Both the position numbers and the translations under genes were made by a program. Below the pieces are notes generated by a model. The model was not told where the DNA came from, searched no databases, and saw only the letters and a list, made by a program, of their open reading frames with translations. 41,008 nucleotides of DNA, taken from the sequence record SRR20825019_2750. One strand, given 5' to 3'. Shown here one piece after another: positions 1 to 9,766 of this stretch. The number at the start of each line of letters is the position of its first letter. The first letter of the stretch is position 1.

Positions 1-306
1 GCGCTCAAGGTCCGGCAGATCTGGGCAATCTGGTTCTTTCTGGATCGAGAGGGGCGAATGCGCGACCGAGCGCTGTTTGACCTCGCCATCGACAGCAAGT
101 CGCGCGGTTGCGACCTGGTCAAGCTCAAGATCGGCACACTGGTGACCGGTCATGACATTCGCGCCTGGGCGATGGTGATCCAGCAGAAAACCGGCCGACC
201 GGTGCAGTTCGAGATCACGAGCGATGCCAGAACAAGTTTGCTGGCATGGCTCGAGAGGCGAGGGGGCTCGGTAGAGGGTTTCGCGCCGCCAGACCAAGAT
301 CCATAG
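1..306 (+). pseudogene. Tyrosine recombinase/phage integrase family, truncated (5' end runs off the window; C-terminal catalytic half missing)
   Basis: Frame 1 reads ALKVRQIWAIWFFLDREGRMRDRALFDLAIDSKSRGCDLVKLKIG...QQKTGRPVQFEI...LLAWLERRGG, typical of the small alphaproteobacterial integrase family. Similarity ends near nt 285 and a stop follows at 304-306, before any H-x-x-R or catalytic Tyr motif. Confidence 0.85.
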
Positions 307-626
307 TTGGAACGCAGCAACCGGACGGTCAGCAATCCCCTGATCGCGTCTCTTCCCAGGAGCACACCCGGACCAGGGTCTATGCGTGCCCCATCCCGGC
401 CATTCACAGGACACTTCCAATTCTCCGAAAGCTGACCGACCGCTGAAGCCAACGTGCTCGTATGAGGGCCCTGTCTGGAGCCGTGCAACATTCCAGGATG
501 GCTCACAAGACGGCCATCCGAGCTTGGTGGCGATGGGGCTGCGCAGATGTTTACGGTAGCTTCCAATGCAGTATGTTCTAGTTCCAAGCCTCTGGCGCCG
601 TCACAATGGCAATCTGGCAGACACAC

Positions 627-1715
627 ATGAAAAGCGGCATTGGGCTGAGCCTCTCCAGACACTTCTATGACCAGATCATCAGGCCGGTTATGGCAGAGAC
701 CGTCCCGAAACTTCCCTACGCTGCTGCTCGGATCGGCCTAGGCTCGGAGGTGCTGGGCTTCGACAGCGCAATGTCGGCCGATCATGATTATGGACCGTGC
801 GTTCAGATCTTTTTGCCAACAGACGCCTTTCCGAAAAAGGCGCACGAGATTATGCGTGCTTTGGACCTCGCCATGCCGACGAGCTTTGAAGGGTTCGCGG
901 TTCGGTATCCCACGGCCACTCGCCCGCCCGGAGCAGCGGTGGAGCACATGTTGGGCTCCGATCATGGTGCGGAACTCTACACCGTAGCCGCCTGGCGAAA
1001 ACGGTTTCTGGGGCCCGGGTTCGACAGGCCGCTATCCAGTCTGGAGTGGCTATCCTATCCCGAACATCTGTTCCTCATGGTCACAGCAGGCGCTGTATTC
1101 CGTGATGACGTGGGCGACCTTACTGATCTTTGCGAGTCGTTTCGCTATTTTCCAAGGGATGTGTGGCTGTACAAGATAGCGGCGCAGTGGAACCGAATTG
1201 CCGAAGAGCGGACTTACATTGGTCGCTCCGCAGAGGCTGGTGACGAGATCGGATCAAGAGTTATCGCTGCCAGGATGATCCACAACATCATGCGGCTCGC
1301 GCTTTTGCTGGAGCGGCGCTACGCGCCATATCCCAAATGGCTGGGCAGCGCCTTTTCTCAGCTCCCGTGCGCTGTGGAACTGGCACCTCTACTGGAGCGG
1401 GCGCTTTCCGCTTCAGACTGGCGGCAGCGTGAGCAGCTCATTATGGAAGCCGTTCAGACGCTCGCCGAGGTGCAACTCGGCAAAGACATACCCGGCGCAA
1501 TCGCGCCGGAAGAGGGTGTGTTGCACGATCGTCCATTCCGCTTCATCGACACCGTGAAGTTGTCTGATGCGATAGGCGCTGAGATTGCTGACCAGCAACT
1601 CAGGCAACTCCCCCGGTTCGGGGGCGCCGACCAGTTTCTGGGCAGCTTTGTTCTGGCGGTTCCGTCGTGGTCAAGCGCCGCGGCTTCGGCATTGTTCAAT
1701 GTCGGCCGGCGATAG
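627..1715 (+). CDS. DUF4037 domain-containing protein (nucleotidyltransferase-like N-terminus)
   Basis: ORF 606-1715, with ATG 627 as the likely start. Motifs GxGSEVLGFD..S.DHDYGP, AGAVFRDDVG, YFPRDVW and RRYAPYPKWLG are characteristic of this family. Confidence 0.7.
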   Translation: MKSGIGLSLSRHFYDQIIRPVMAETVPKLPYAAARIGLGSEVLGFDSAMSADHDYGPCVQIFLPTDAFPKKAHEIMRALDLAMPTSFEGFAVRYPTATRPPGAAVEHMLGSDHGAELYTVAAWRKRFLGPGFDRPLSSLEWLSYPEHLFLMVTAGAVFRDDVGDLTDLCESFRYFPRDVWLYKIAAQWNRIAEERTYIGRSAEAGDEIGSRVIAARMIHNIMRLALLLERRYAPYPKWLGSAFSQLPCAVELAPLLERALSASDWRQREQLIMEAVQTLAEVQLGKDIPGAIAPEEGVLHDRPFRFIDTVKLSDAIGAEIADQQLRQLPRFGGADQFLGSFVLAVPSWSSAAASALFNVGRR

Positions 1716-2143
1716 GCAGCCAGCCTGCAGCTTGTTGGCAAAATCCCATTGATGAAGTCGCGCCGGGGCCAGGACTACGTAGGGCCAACAGCTGGCGGGC
1801 ATGCCCAGTGCCTCAGCTTTGTATTTTTGATCGTAATTACTTTACAAATCAATCGCGGTAAGAGCGTTACATCATACGATCTAGAGCCATTGATCAGGAT
1901 GGCGGCCATGCGAATAACTATTTAAGTGTTGATGTCAATTCAATGAGCAGAATGACCTGATTCATTGGATTTACTGCCCAGAAAGTAGGCTCTAACGCGA
2001 TAGAGAGTTCTAACTTTGCCGATAGTATGAAAATGAGATGATATCATACTGTGCACGCGCCAAAATTCTCCTTCATTAGGCCGACCTCAGGGTGGCCGAA
2101 GGAGTGTGCGCTATGGCTCTGGTTCTCAAGGGTGGCAGGAATG

Positions 2144-2447
2144 ACATCATTCAGACTGGATCGGCGCAGAAGTCAGGTTCTCTGCCTTTCAACTCAAAGA
2201 TATGCCCATCATCAAAGGGACAGTCGCGTTCGCGTCACCAGATATCCTGGAAGACAATCAGAGTGGCGAAACCTTCTACCTGGCTCGGATTGTCGTGGAC
2301 GCCAGTTCATATCCGCCCCAAGAGCACCTCCAACTCTTGCCTGGCATGCCGGCCGAGGTCCTGATCCCGGTACACGAGCGCTCGGTCTTTGAGTATCTCA
2401 CCGAGCCTCTCCTGCACGCTGTCCGCACCGGGATGCGGTATCAGTAA
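2144..2447 (+). pseudogene. C-terminal remnant of a HlyD-family type I secretion membrane-fusion protein
   Basis: Reads AEVRFSAFQLKDMPIIKGTVAFASPDILED...FYLARIVV...LLPGMPAEVLIPVHERSVFEYLTEPL, matching the HlyD C-terminus. An in-frame stop lies just upstream and the N-terminal part is absent. Confidence 0.8.
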
Positions 2448-2638
2448 CCCAATGCGCCCAGGGCAGTGGCGCGGTCTGCTGCTTATTGGCTCTCAGAGAC
2501 ACCAGCGGACAGTCCGCAAACAGTCCGCAAGCGGCCCCGCTTCAGACACTCGCGGGCGCCCAAGGGAAACACGGGCGTCAATGATTGGGCAAGCTTACCT
2601 GTTGATTTCAATGGAGTAGGTGTTCGCGGATTTACTCT

Positions 2639-2722
2639 GACCGGCGCGCCATCTTGCTATCTAGCTTGCATTTGAACTGAACAGCCTGACCTTGCTGTAT
2701 GTATCGCCTGTGCTGTGGCAGC
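2639..2722 (+). repeat. Imperfect direct repeat, copy 1 (copy 2 at 12991-13071)
   Basis: Shares the blocks GACCGGCGCGCCA, TTGCTA, GCATTTG, ACTGAACAGCC, TGACCTTGCTGTAT, ATCGCC, GTGCT and TGGCAGC in the same order with 12991-13071. Confidence 0.9.
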
Positions 2723-2823
2723 GATGCGCTTCAAATTGGACGCTGGCCATTCAGCCAGCAATCCCGAGCACCTGCTGCTCCAAATCATCGGGGTCCGTGC
2801 CACCGACATTGTCTTGGGGCCGA

Positions 2824-3474
2824 CTACCCCTGCGCCAGGCGTTGGTATGCATGCTCCACCGTTATGATGTGCGAGCGCATGGACAATTCTGCACCAGAAC
2901 GGTCTCCGCACAATATGGCCGCGACGACCTTGCTATGCTCCTCGTGCGAGCGGCCAAGGCGGCCAAGTGTGTTGAACTGGGCGCGGCGAAAGGGCTGCAG
3001 CCGCTGGCGCGTGGTGCTCGCCAACTCCAGCAGATAGCTATTGTGGGCGCCGCGATAGATCATCGAGTGGAAGGCCTCATTGGCGTCAACATAGGCGCCG
3101 GAATCGCCATCGCGCACCATGGCGGCCATGGCCGAATGATGGGTGCTGAGGGCCTGACGTTCACCAACGCCCATGCTCACCGCTGAGAGCCCGGCGCACA
3201 AGGCCTCAAGATAGGCCATGACTTCGAACATGCCGGCCAAAGTCGCTTCATCAGGCTTGGCCACAACCGCGCTGGAATGGGGGCGCTGCTCGACAAGGCC
3301 GCTGGCCCGAAGCAGGCGCAAGGCCTCACGAATGGGTGTTCGGGACACAGCGAATTCGGCGGCCAGGCCCTGCTCGTCCAGCGGCGCGCCGGGCGCCAGT
3401 TCGCCATTGATGATGCGTTCCGCAATGGTGTGCCGGATGTGTTCGGCGGAGGTGCGGGGAGGACGCTGGAGCAC
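2824..3474 (-). CDS. GntR-family transcriptional regulator (FCD domain)
   Basis: wHTH GELAPGAPLDEQGLAAEFAVSRTPIREAL; FCD motifs NEAFH and EEH. Confidence 0.93.
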   Translation of the reverse strand: MLQRPPRTSAEHIRHTIAERIINGELAPGAPLDEQGLAAEFAVSRTPIREALRLLRASGLVEQRPHSSAVVAKPDEATLAGMFEVMAYLEALCAGLSAVSMGVGERQALSTHHSAMAAMVRDGDSGAYVDANEAFHSMIYRGAHNSYLLELASTTRQRLQPFRRAQFNTLGRLGRSHEEHSKVVAAILCGDRSGAELSMRSHIITVEHAYQRLAQG

Positions 3475-3492
3475 TCTTTGGGTCTCGCTGCT

Positions 3493-3870
3493 TCAGGGCC
3501 CGGGCATCATGCTGACATGGGCGGCACTTATTTTCCAACCGTGGTCGGTGCGTATCCAGGTTTGCTGCTGACGCCCGGTCTGACCGGGAAAGTCGTCTCG
3601 ATAGAACAAGGTGGAGGCCACGGCAACGTCAGCCCCATAGGTGGTGATCACGAGGCGATCCAGGGTCCGCGCAAACGGAGCCTGTGCGGCGCGAAAGGCA
3701 CGCAGTTCGTCGATGCCGTATTGCACCTCGTTCACGCCATAGCGCACGATGTCGGTGCGGTGCAGGAAATAGGTGTCGAGGGCCTCGGTGTCATTGGCCA
3801 AAAGCGCAGACTCATAGTCATGAAAGACCGCTTCTACCTCGGCGATTATGCTGGGGTCGTTGAGGATCAT
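3493..3870 (-). CDS. AtzH/HpxZ-like (DUF3225) protein, probable carboxybiuret decarboxylase (TrtB-type)
   Basis: Motifs YESALLAND, RYGVNEVQYG, GRQQQTW and WKISAAHVS. Translationally coupled within the triuret operon. Confidence 0.85.
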   Translation of the reverse strand: MILNDPSIIAEVEAVFHDYESALLANDTEALDTYFLHRTDIVRYGVNEVQYGIDELRAFRAAQAPFARTLDRLVITTYGADVAVASTLFYRDDFPGQTGRQQQTWIRTDHGWKISAAHVSMMPGP

Positions 3871-4643
3871 GCAGATTTCCGGCGGGACAGCATGGAATCG
3901 CGCAGACGCCTGAGAAACGGAATGGTGTCGAACTGATCGGCCCGCACCTTGGTCCAGTCCACGCCCATGGGTCGGACCATGGTATTGCCCGTGGCAATGA
4001 GTTCGGCCTCGGTAGCAATAAAATCGAGGGGGCTGTCATGGGCCTCAATGATGATGTGCCGATCCTCCACCAACTGGATTGAGTGGATGGTTGTAGCCAT
4101 GGGGGTCTGTTCCGTGATCAGTCCAAGTTCCCGGAAAATCGCGGTTTCAAGGTCGGCGAAGCCTGCGCCCTTGCCGGTGCGGCCACCCGCGCGGCTAACG
4201 GCGACCGAACCGACGACGCAGAAATCGAGCGGTTCGACATCCTCGAACTCCAGTCTTTCGCCATACTCCATGAAGCCCTGCGGCGTGGCCGCGAGTTCAA
4301 AGGACACATCTGCCCCGGTTAGGCGGGCCGGATCGAGCTTGAGATAGGGGAAATCCTTGGTGAGATAAGGAACCGGCGTGAATACGGTCTTCCCGTCATA
4401 GAGGGCACGGATGCGGATCGGGGTCTGCGCGTGGTCCGGATTGGTCTTGACGGTACCGGCTGATTTCCAGGCCTCGGTCTGGGCCAGGCGCCACGCGGCA
4501 GTGTCAGCACCGACAAAGTTCGGGATCATGCTCCATGCCGGACCAACATTGACCCCTTCGGCTTCCAGCTGATGCCAGATATCGTGGCGAATGACGTCCT
4601 TGGCCGGGTTGCGGCCGGCCCAACGGCCCTGTTCCTGCATCAT
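3867..4643 (-). CDS. 5-formyltetrahydrofolate cyclo-ligase paralog (MTHFSD/COG0212-like)
   Basis: Motifs [37 protein letters not shown] and [10 protein letters not shown]. Its start overlaps the trtA stop. Confidence 0.85.
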   Translation of the reverse strand: MMQEQGRWAGRNPAKDVIRHDIWHQLEAEGVNVGPAWSMIPNFVGADTAAWRLAQTEAWKSAGTVKTNPDHAQTPIRIRALYDGKTVFTPVPYLTKDFPYLKLDPARLTGADVSFELAATPQGFMEYGERLEFEDVEPLDFCVVGSVAVSRAGGRTGKGAGFADLETAIFRELGLITEQTPMATTIHSIQLVEDRHIIIEAHDSPLDFIATEAELIATGNTMVRPMGVDWTKVRADQFDTIPFLRRLRDSMLSRRKSA

Positions 4644-5320
4644 GCTTTTCCTTCTCCGACGGCAGATTGCAAATGGGTGAGTGGTGTGGCCCAGCCGACA
4701 ATGCCGCCCTGGGCGGTAATCATCTCAATGGTGGCGACCTTGAACTGGGGGAAATAGCTTTCCGTGGCATCTTCGATGAGCAGGCATTCATAGCCCCGGT
4801 CATTGGCTTCGCGCATGGACGTCTGAACACAAACTTCGGTTGTGACGCCGGCGAAGACGAGATGGGTGATGCCCATGTCGTGCAGCCGTTCGTGGATGCC
4901 GGTGGCGAAGAACATGCCCTTTCCGGGTTTGTCGATGACGATCTCGCCGGCAATGGGCGAGAGGGCATCCACGATCTGGTTGCCCGGCTCGCCGGCAATC
5001 AGGATACGGCCCATGGCCCCTTCATCGCCGATCCGAAGGCCCGGCTTGCCGCGATTGCGCTTGGCCGGCGGGCAATCGGAAAGGTCGGGTTGATGAGCTT
5101 CGCGCGTATGGATGATTGGCCAGCCCTCCGCCCGGAACAGGGCGATGAGGGCGGCGGTGGTCGGGATGATAGCGGCAAGGCGGTGGACGTCATTGCCCAG
5201 CGAGTCACCAAAGCCGCCTTGCTCGATGAAATCGCGCTGCATGTCGATGACGACCAGGGCGGTGCGGGCCGTGTCAAACCGGAAGGGGTAGGGGCGGGCA
5301 GGGACGCTCAGAAGGCTCAT
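4640..5320 (-). CDS. trtA: Triuret hydrolase (isochorismatase-like cysteine hydrolase)
   Basis: D-K-C triad (IDMQ, IDKPGKG, TTEVC). Carries the TrtA-type residues GGF..LGN, TTE, SY and QGGI, as opposed to the BiuH-type residues in the paralog. ATG 5320 overlaps the ATPase TGA. Confidence 0.85.
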   Translation of the reverse strand: MSLLSVPARPYPFRFDTARTALVVIDMQRDFIEQGGFGDSLGNDVHRLAAIIPTTAALIALFRAEGWPIIHTREAHQPDLSDCPPAKRNRGKPGLRIGDEGAMGRILIAGEPGNQIVDALSPIAGEIVIDKPGKGMFFATGIHERLHDMGITHLVFAGVTTEVCVQTSMREANDRGYECLLIEDATESYFPQFKVATIEMITAQGGIVGWATPLTHLQSAVGEGKA

Positions 5321-6858
5321 CAATGTCCCGCCATATGCTGGCCGATGATGTTGCGGTCGGTGTCCTCGATTTTACTGACATAGGTAATCGTGCCGCCGCT
5401 CATCACCGCGACCCGATCGGCCAATTCGAGGATTTCGTCGAGATCTTCGGACACCAGCAGGACTGCCGCGCCGCGATTGCGCTGCTCCATGATCTGGCTG
5501 CGGATTTCTGACACTGACGCAAAGTCGAGCCCAAAACAGGGATTGGCGACGATCAACACATCGACATCGCTCGAAAGCTCACGGGCCAGCACGGCGCGCT
5601 GCACATTGCCGCCGGACAGTGTTTCGATGGGGGCGTCGGGCGAGGTGGTCTTGACCCTGTAGCGGGCGATCAGGTCTTCGGCCTTTACCCGCAACGGACC
5701 GGGGGACATCCACCAGCCGAATTTGGCCACTGGTGGCTTGTCGAAGGAGCGGAATGCGATGTTTTCGGCAACGCTCATGCGCGGCACCGTCGCGTTCTTG
5801 AGCGGCTCCTCAGGCAGGCCATAGACCTTGTAGCGGTCGAAGTCGCCGCGCCGCGGAGAGAAATTCTGGCCGCGGATGCGGATAGCCCCATCACTGAGCG
5901 GTCTTTGTCCTGCCAAGGCCTCTACCAAGGCCGACTGGCCATTGCCGGAGACGCCGGCAATGCCCACGATCTCGCCGGCATGCACCTTGAGGTTGACCGC
6001 CTCGATAGCGTTGCCACCCTCTGCATCATCGGCAAACAGGCCCGCCAGCTCGAGCATTTCGACTTTGTCGTTGTGCTGGCGGCGTTGCGCGCGCTCGCGG
6101 ATTTCAGTATCGCCGATCATCATCTGGCTCATTTCGGCGATTGAGGCCGTCTTTGCATCGCCCGAGCCGGTGAACTGGCCGCGCCGCAGCACAGTGAAGC
6201 CGTCACAAAAGGCCTTCACCTCGCGGAATTTGTGCGAGATCATCAGGACGGTGATTTCCTTGCGCGCCGCCATCTCGCCGAGCAGACCGAGCATTTCATC
6301 GGCCTCACCCGGCGTGAGGACCGATGTCGGCTCGTCCAGGATCATGAAGCGCTGATCGAGATAGAGCAGTTTGAGGATTTCCAGCTTCTGCTTTTCACCG
6401 GCCGAGAGGGCAGAGACCTGCGCATCGAGGGGCACTTTGAAGGGCATGGTATCCATGAAGGCGGCGAGCGCCTTTTTCTCCTTGCGCCAGTCGATCACCG
6501 AGGGTGCGTCGGCGCGGGAGATCACCAGGTTCTCCGCGGCGGTCAGGCAAGGGACCAGCGTAAAATGCTGATAGACCATGCCGATCCCATGAGAGCGCGC
6601 GTCACGTGGCGATCGGATGGACACTTCCTTGCCGTCGAGCAGCACCTGACCGCGATCTGCCGAATAATAGCCCATGATGGACTTCACTAATGTCGATTTG
6701 CCGGCGCCGTTCTCGCCCAAAAGGGCGTGGAATGAACCGGCTGGCACATCGATGCTGACATCTTCGAGTGCAATCAGGGGCCCGAAGATTTTGGTCATGC
6801 CGATGGCCTGCAAGGATGGGGCCCGGCCGGCGGCGATGAGCGGTTCCACCGCGTTCAT
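5320..6858 (-). CDS. ABC transporter ATP-binding protein (double NBD, nucleoside/BMP type)
   Basis: Walker [17 protein letters not shown]; second NBD GVSGNGQ and LSGGNVQ. Confidence 0.95.
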   Translation of the reverse strand: MNAVEPLIAAGRAPSLQAIGMTKIFGPLIALEDVSIDVPAGSFHALLGENGAGKSTLVKSIMGYYSADRGQVLLDGKEVSIRSPRDARSHGIGMVYQHFTLVPCLTAAENLVISRADAPSVIDWRKEKKALAAFMDTMPFKVPLDAQVSALSAGEKQKLEILKLLYLDQRFMILDEPTSVLTPGEADEMLGLLGEMAARKEITVLMISHKFREVKAFCDGFTVLRRGQFTGSGDAKTASIAEMSQMMIGDTEIRERAQRRQHNDKVEMLELAGLFADDAEGGNAIEAVNLKVHAGEIVGIAGVSGNGQSALVEALAGQRPLSDGAIRIRGQNFSPRRGDFDRYKVYGLPEEPLKNATVPRMSVAENIAFRSFDKPPVAKFGWWMSPGPLRVKAEDLIARYRVKTTSPDAPIETLSGGNVQRAVLARELSSDVDVLIVANPCFGLDFASVSEIRSQIMEQRNRGAAVLLVSEDLDEILELADRVAVMSGGTITYVSKIEDTDRNIIGQHMAGH

Positions 6859-7580
6859 GGCAGCACCTCAATCAGCGCCGCCGCATGAGACACGGCGCCG
6901 AACACGCCGCCCTGCATCTTGATCATGTCGACAGCGGCGAGGTGGTTTTCGAGCTTGGTCGCGGCACAGCAATCCTCGAGCAACAGGCACTCATAGCCGC
7001 GGTCATTGGCGTCGCGCATGGTGGTGTGGACGCACACATCGGTGGTGACGCCGGCAAAGATGATGTTGCGGATATTCTTCATGCGCAGCACCAACTCGAA
7101 ATCGGTGGCGATGAAACTGCCCTTGCCTGGCTTGTCGATGATCTGCTCGCCGGGCAGGGGCCGGAGTTCGGGGATGATCTCCCAACCCGGCTCGCCGCGC
7201 ACCAGAATGCGGCCGCAGGGTCCCTGGTCTCCAATGCCGGCGCCGATGCGCTGGGAACGCCATCGCTTGTTGGCCGGGAGGTCGGAAAGGTCCGGTTTGT
7301 GACCCTCGCGGGTGTGGATGATGGTATAGCCCTTGGCACGCATCGCCTGGAGCACGCGCTGGATCGGCTCGATCGGCGCGCGGGTGAGCGAAATGTCGTA
7401 GCCCATGGTGTCGACATATCCGCCTGGTGCACAGAAATCGACCTGCATGTCGATGACCACGAGGGCCGTATTGTGCGGCCCCCAATTGCCATCGAAAGGC
7501 CAGGGATAGGGATCTGCAGAGGCGATGGTGGAGCCACCTGTGACCATGGCGGCGTCGATGCGTTCGTCGGCAAGGGTCAT
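6855..7580 (-). CDS. biuH: Biuret amidohydrolase
   Basis: ADPYPWP...[18 protein letters not shown]...[35 protein letters not shown]...TTDVC...QGGVFG is very close to Rhizobium BiuH as recalled. An alternative start is GTG 7592. Confidence 0.92.
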   Translation of the reverse strand: MTLADERIDAAMVTGGSTIASADPYPWPFDGNWGPHNTALVVIDMQVDFCAPGGYVDTMGYDISLTRAPIEPIQRVLQAMRAKGYTIIHTREGHKPDLSDLPANKRWRSQRIGAGIGDQGPCGRILVRGEPGWEIIPELRPLPGEQIIDKPGKGSFIATDFELVLRMKNIRNIIFAGVTTDVCVHTTMRDANDRGYECLLLEDCCAATKLENHLAAVDMIKMQGGVFGAVSHAAALIEVLP

Positions 7581-7588
7581 GGCAGGCC

Positions 7589-8509
7589 TCACTTGGTGAT
7601 GGAGAGTTCGCCCGGCACCTCGCGCGCCGCACCCTTGGAGCGGGCGGCGGCGATCATGATGAAGAGCGTGAGGATGTATGGGGCGGCATTGAAGAAATAG
7701 TAGCCCTGGGAAATACCGACCGACTGCAGGGATGGGCCGATGGCGCCGGCGGCACCGAAGAGCAGGGCGGCCCAGATGCAGCGGATGGGATCCCAGCGGG
7801 CAAAGATCACAAGGGCCACGGCCATCAGGCCCTGGCCAGAGCTGAGGCCCTGGTTCCAGGAGCCGGGGTAATATAGCGAGAGGAAAGCCCCGCCGATGCC
7901 GGCAAGGAAGCCGCCCGCCGCGGTGGCGAGAAAGCGAACCAGATCGACCGACACGCCCATGGCCTTGGCCGAGGCGGCGCTGTCGCCGGTCATGCGGACG
8001 ATTAGTCCCCAGCGTGTATTGGCGAAGGCCCAGCTCATCAATACCGCAAGCAGGATGCCGACAAAGAACAGCGGGTTGACCTGCAGGGCCTGTGCCAGCG
8101 CGGTATTGCCGGTCCAGTCACCCAGATGAACGGCGTCGAGCCGCGGCGCGGAGGGCTGGATATAGGGCTTGCCAAAAAAGAAGGCGAGGCCGGTGCCAAA
8201 GCTCATGATGGCGATGCCCACGGCGATGTCGTTGACCTTGGGCAGCTTGCAGATATAGCCGTGCAGCGCCCCCAGGATCAGGCCCGAACCACCGGCGGCG
8301 ATGACGCCGATCCAGGGATTGCCGGTGTGGAAGCTGATGGCATAGGCCACCATGGCCCCGAGCACGAGATTGCCCTCGAGCCCGAGATTGATGCGGCCGG
8401 ACTTCTCAGTCAGGCATTCGCCCAAGGCCACGAACATGAACGGGGTCGAGACGCGGATAGCGCCGCCCAGCATGGCGATGAGCACGGTGAGGAAGGCGCC
8501 ATCCATCAT
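7589..8509 (-). CDS. ABC transporter permease (BPD_transp_2, nucleoside type)
   Basis: Motifs [17 protein letters not shown] and [15 protein letters not shown]; hydrophobic. Confidence 0.93.
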   Translation of the reverse strand: MMDGAFLTVLIAMLGGAIRVSTPFMFVALGECLTEKSGRINLGLEGNLVLGAMVAYAISFHTGNPWIGVIAAGGSGLILGALHGYICKLPKVNDIAVGIAIMSFGTGLAFFFGKPYIQPSAPRLDAVHLGDWTGNTALAQALQVNPLFFVGILLAVLMSWAFANTRWGLIVRMTGDSAASAKAMGVSVDLVRFLATAAGGFLAGIGGAFLSLYYPGSWNQGLSSGQGLMAVALVIFARWDPIRCIWAALLFGAAGAIGPSLQSVGISQGYYFFNAAPYILTLFIMIAAARSKGAAREVPGELSITK

Positions 8510-9615
8510 GTGCGGTCTCCCTTGGCTTCAGGCTGGAAGACCTTGAGGCGGCCATAGAGCGTGTCGCTGGCCAGCAGGACCACGAAGATGATCCCTTGCA
8601 GCACCAGCACAGTGGCGTCGGGCATGTCCATGCGGCGTTGCACGAGGCCACCTGCCGCGGTGATGGCGCCGAAAAGGATGGCTACCGGCACGATCATCAG
8701 CGGATTATGCCGGGCAAGGAAGGCGACGAGAATGCCGGTAAAGCCATAGCCGGCCACCAGCGAGGCATTGGCCTGGCCGTGGATGACAGCCACTTCAAAA
8801 AAGCCCGCCAGTCCGGCGCAGGCCCCGGCAATGACGCAGCACGTGACCATGAGGAAGCCCACTGGCAGACCCTGCGCCTTTGCAGCCCGCACATTGCCGC
8901 CGGTCATGCGGGCGGCAAATCCGAAGGTGGTGCGCGACATCAGAATGTAGAGAATGACGGCCAGGACCACCCCTGCGGCAAAGCCCCAATGCACGTCCGT
9001 GCCGGGGATCGAGCCGATGCGATAGGCATCGCCGATCGGCATGGTGCTGGGCTTGTTGGCCGAGGCCGGGTCGCGCAGCGCGCCTTCGACGAAGAAGTTC
9101 ATGATGGCGATGGCGATATAGCTGAGCAGCAGCGAGGAAATGGTCTCGTTGACGCCGCGATAGTGCCGCAGCCAGCCAGCCATGCCGATCCACAGCCCCC
9201 CTGCCGCCGTGGCGGTCAGTGCCATGATCAGCCAGGCAATGGGCGTCGGTGCGCCCCCGGTTACCAGCGGAATGGCAATGGCCGCGGCGGCGAACCCTCC
9301 CAGTACCAGCGCGCCCTCGGCGCCGATCATGGTGAGGCCGATGCGGGCAGGAATGGCGAAGGCCAGTGCGGTCAGGATCAGCGGGGCGGAGCGCTGCAGT
9401 GATTGCTGAATCGAAAAGGCGGAGCCGAAGCCGCCGGTCCAAACCAGGCTGAAGAAGTCGATCGGCGACTTGCCGATGACCAGCAGGAACAGCGAGAAGA
9501 TCAGGAAAGAGCCCAACAGCGCCACGATGGGCACGAAGACGGATTCGGCGGTCTTGAGCGTGCGCACATTGGGGGTGCGGGTGGTTGGAATTGGTCCGGC
9601 TGTTTCTGCGCTCAT
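8506..9615 (-). CDS. ABC transporter permease (BPD_transp_2, nucleoside type)
   Basis: Motifs IGAEG, GVNETISSLLL and GYGFTGILVAFLA. ATG 9615 is preceded by GGAG; the longer ORF start runs into a repeat element. Confidence 0.92.
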   Translation of the reverse strand: MSAETAGPIPTTRTPNVRTLKTAESVFVPIVALLGSFLIFSLFLLVIGKSPIDFFSLVWTGGFGSAFSIQQSLQRSAPLILTALAFAIPARIGLTMIGAEGALVLGGFAAAAIAIPLVTGGAPTPIAWLIMALTATAAGGLWIGMAGWLRHYRGVNETISSLLLSYIAIAIMNFFVEGALRDPASANKPSTMPIGDAYRIGSIPGTDVHWGFAAGVVLAVILYILMSRTTFGFAARMTGGNVRAAKAQGLPVGFLMVTCCVIAGACAGLAGFFEVAVIHGQANASLVAGYGFTGILVAFLARHNPLMIVPVAILFGAITAAGGLVQRRMDMPDATVLVLQGIIFVVLLASDTLYGRLKVFQPEAKGDRT

Positions 9616-9631
9616 GGCTTGCTCCGCAAAG

Positions 9632-9742
9632 ACCCCTCCTAGCCTCCCCCCGTACGGGGGAGGGACCGATTTGTGCGTGAGGCGCCATCCCGACCCCTCC
9701 ACCGGCCGGTCCCCTTTTTGGGGGGGGAGGCCAGGTGGAGGT
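9632..9742. repeat. REP/MITE-like palindromic element typical of Hyphomicrobiales intergenic regions
   Basis: ACCCCTCCTAGCCTCCCCCC...GGGGGAGGGACCG----CGGTCCC...GGGGGGGGAGGCCAGGTGGAGGT: imperfect terminal inverted repeats with internal hairpins, between the SBP and permease genes. Confidence 0.7.
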
Positions 9743-9766
9743 GGGGCCGCTTGCGCCGGACTTCGA

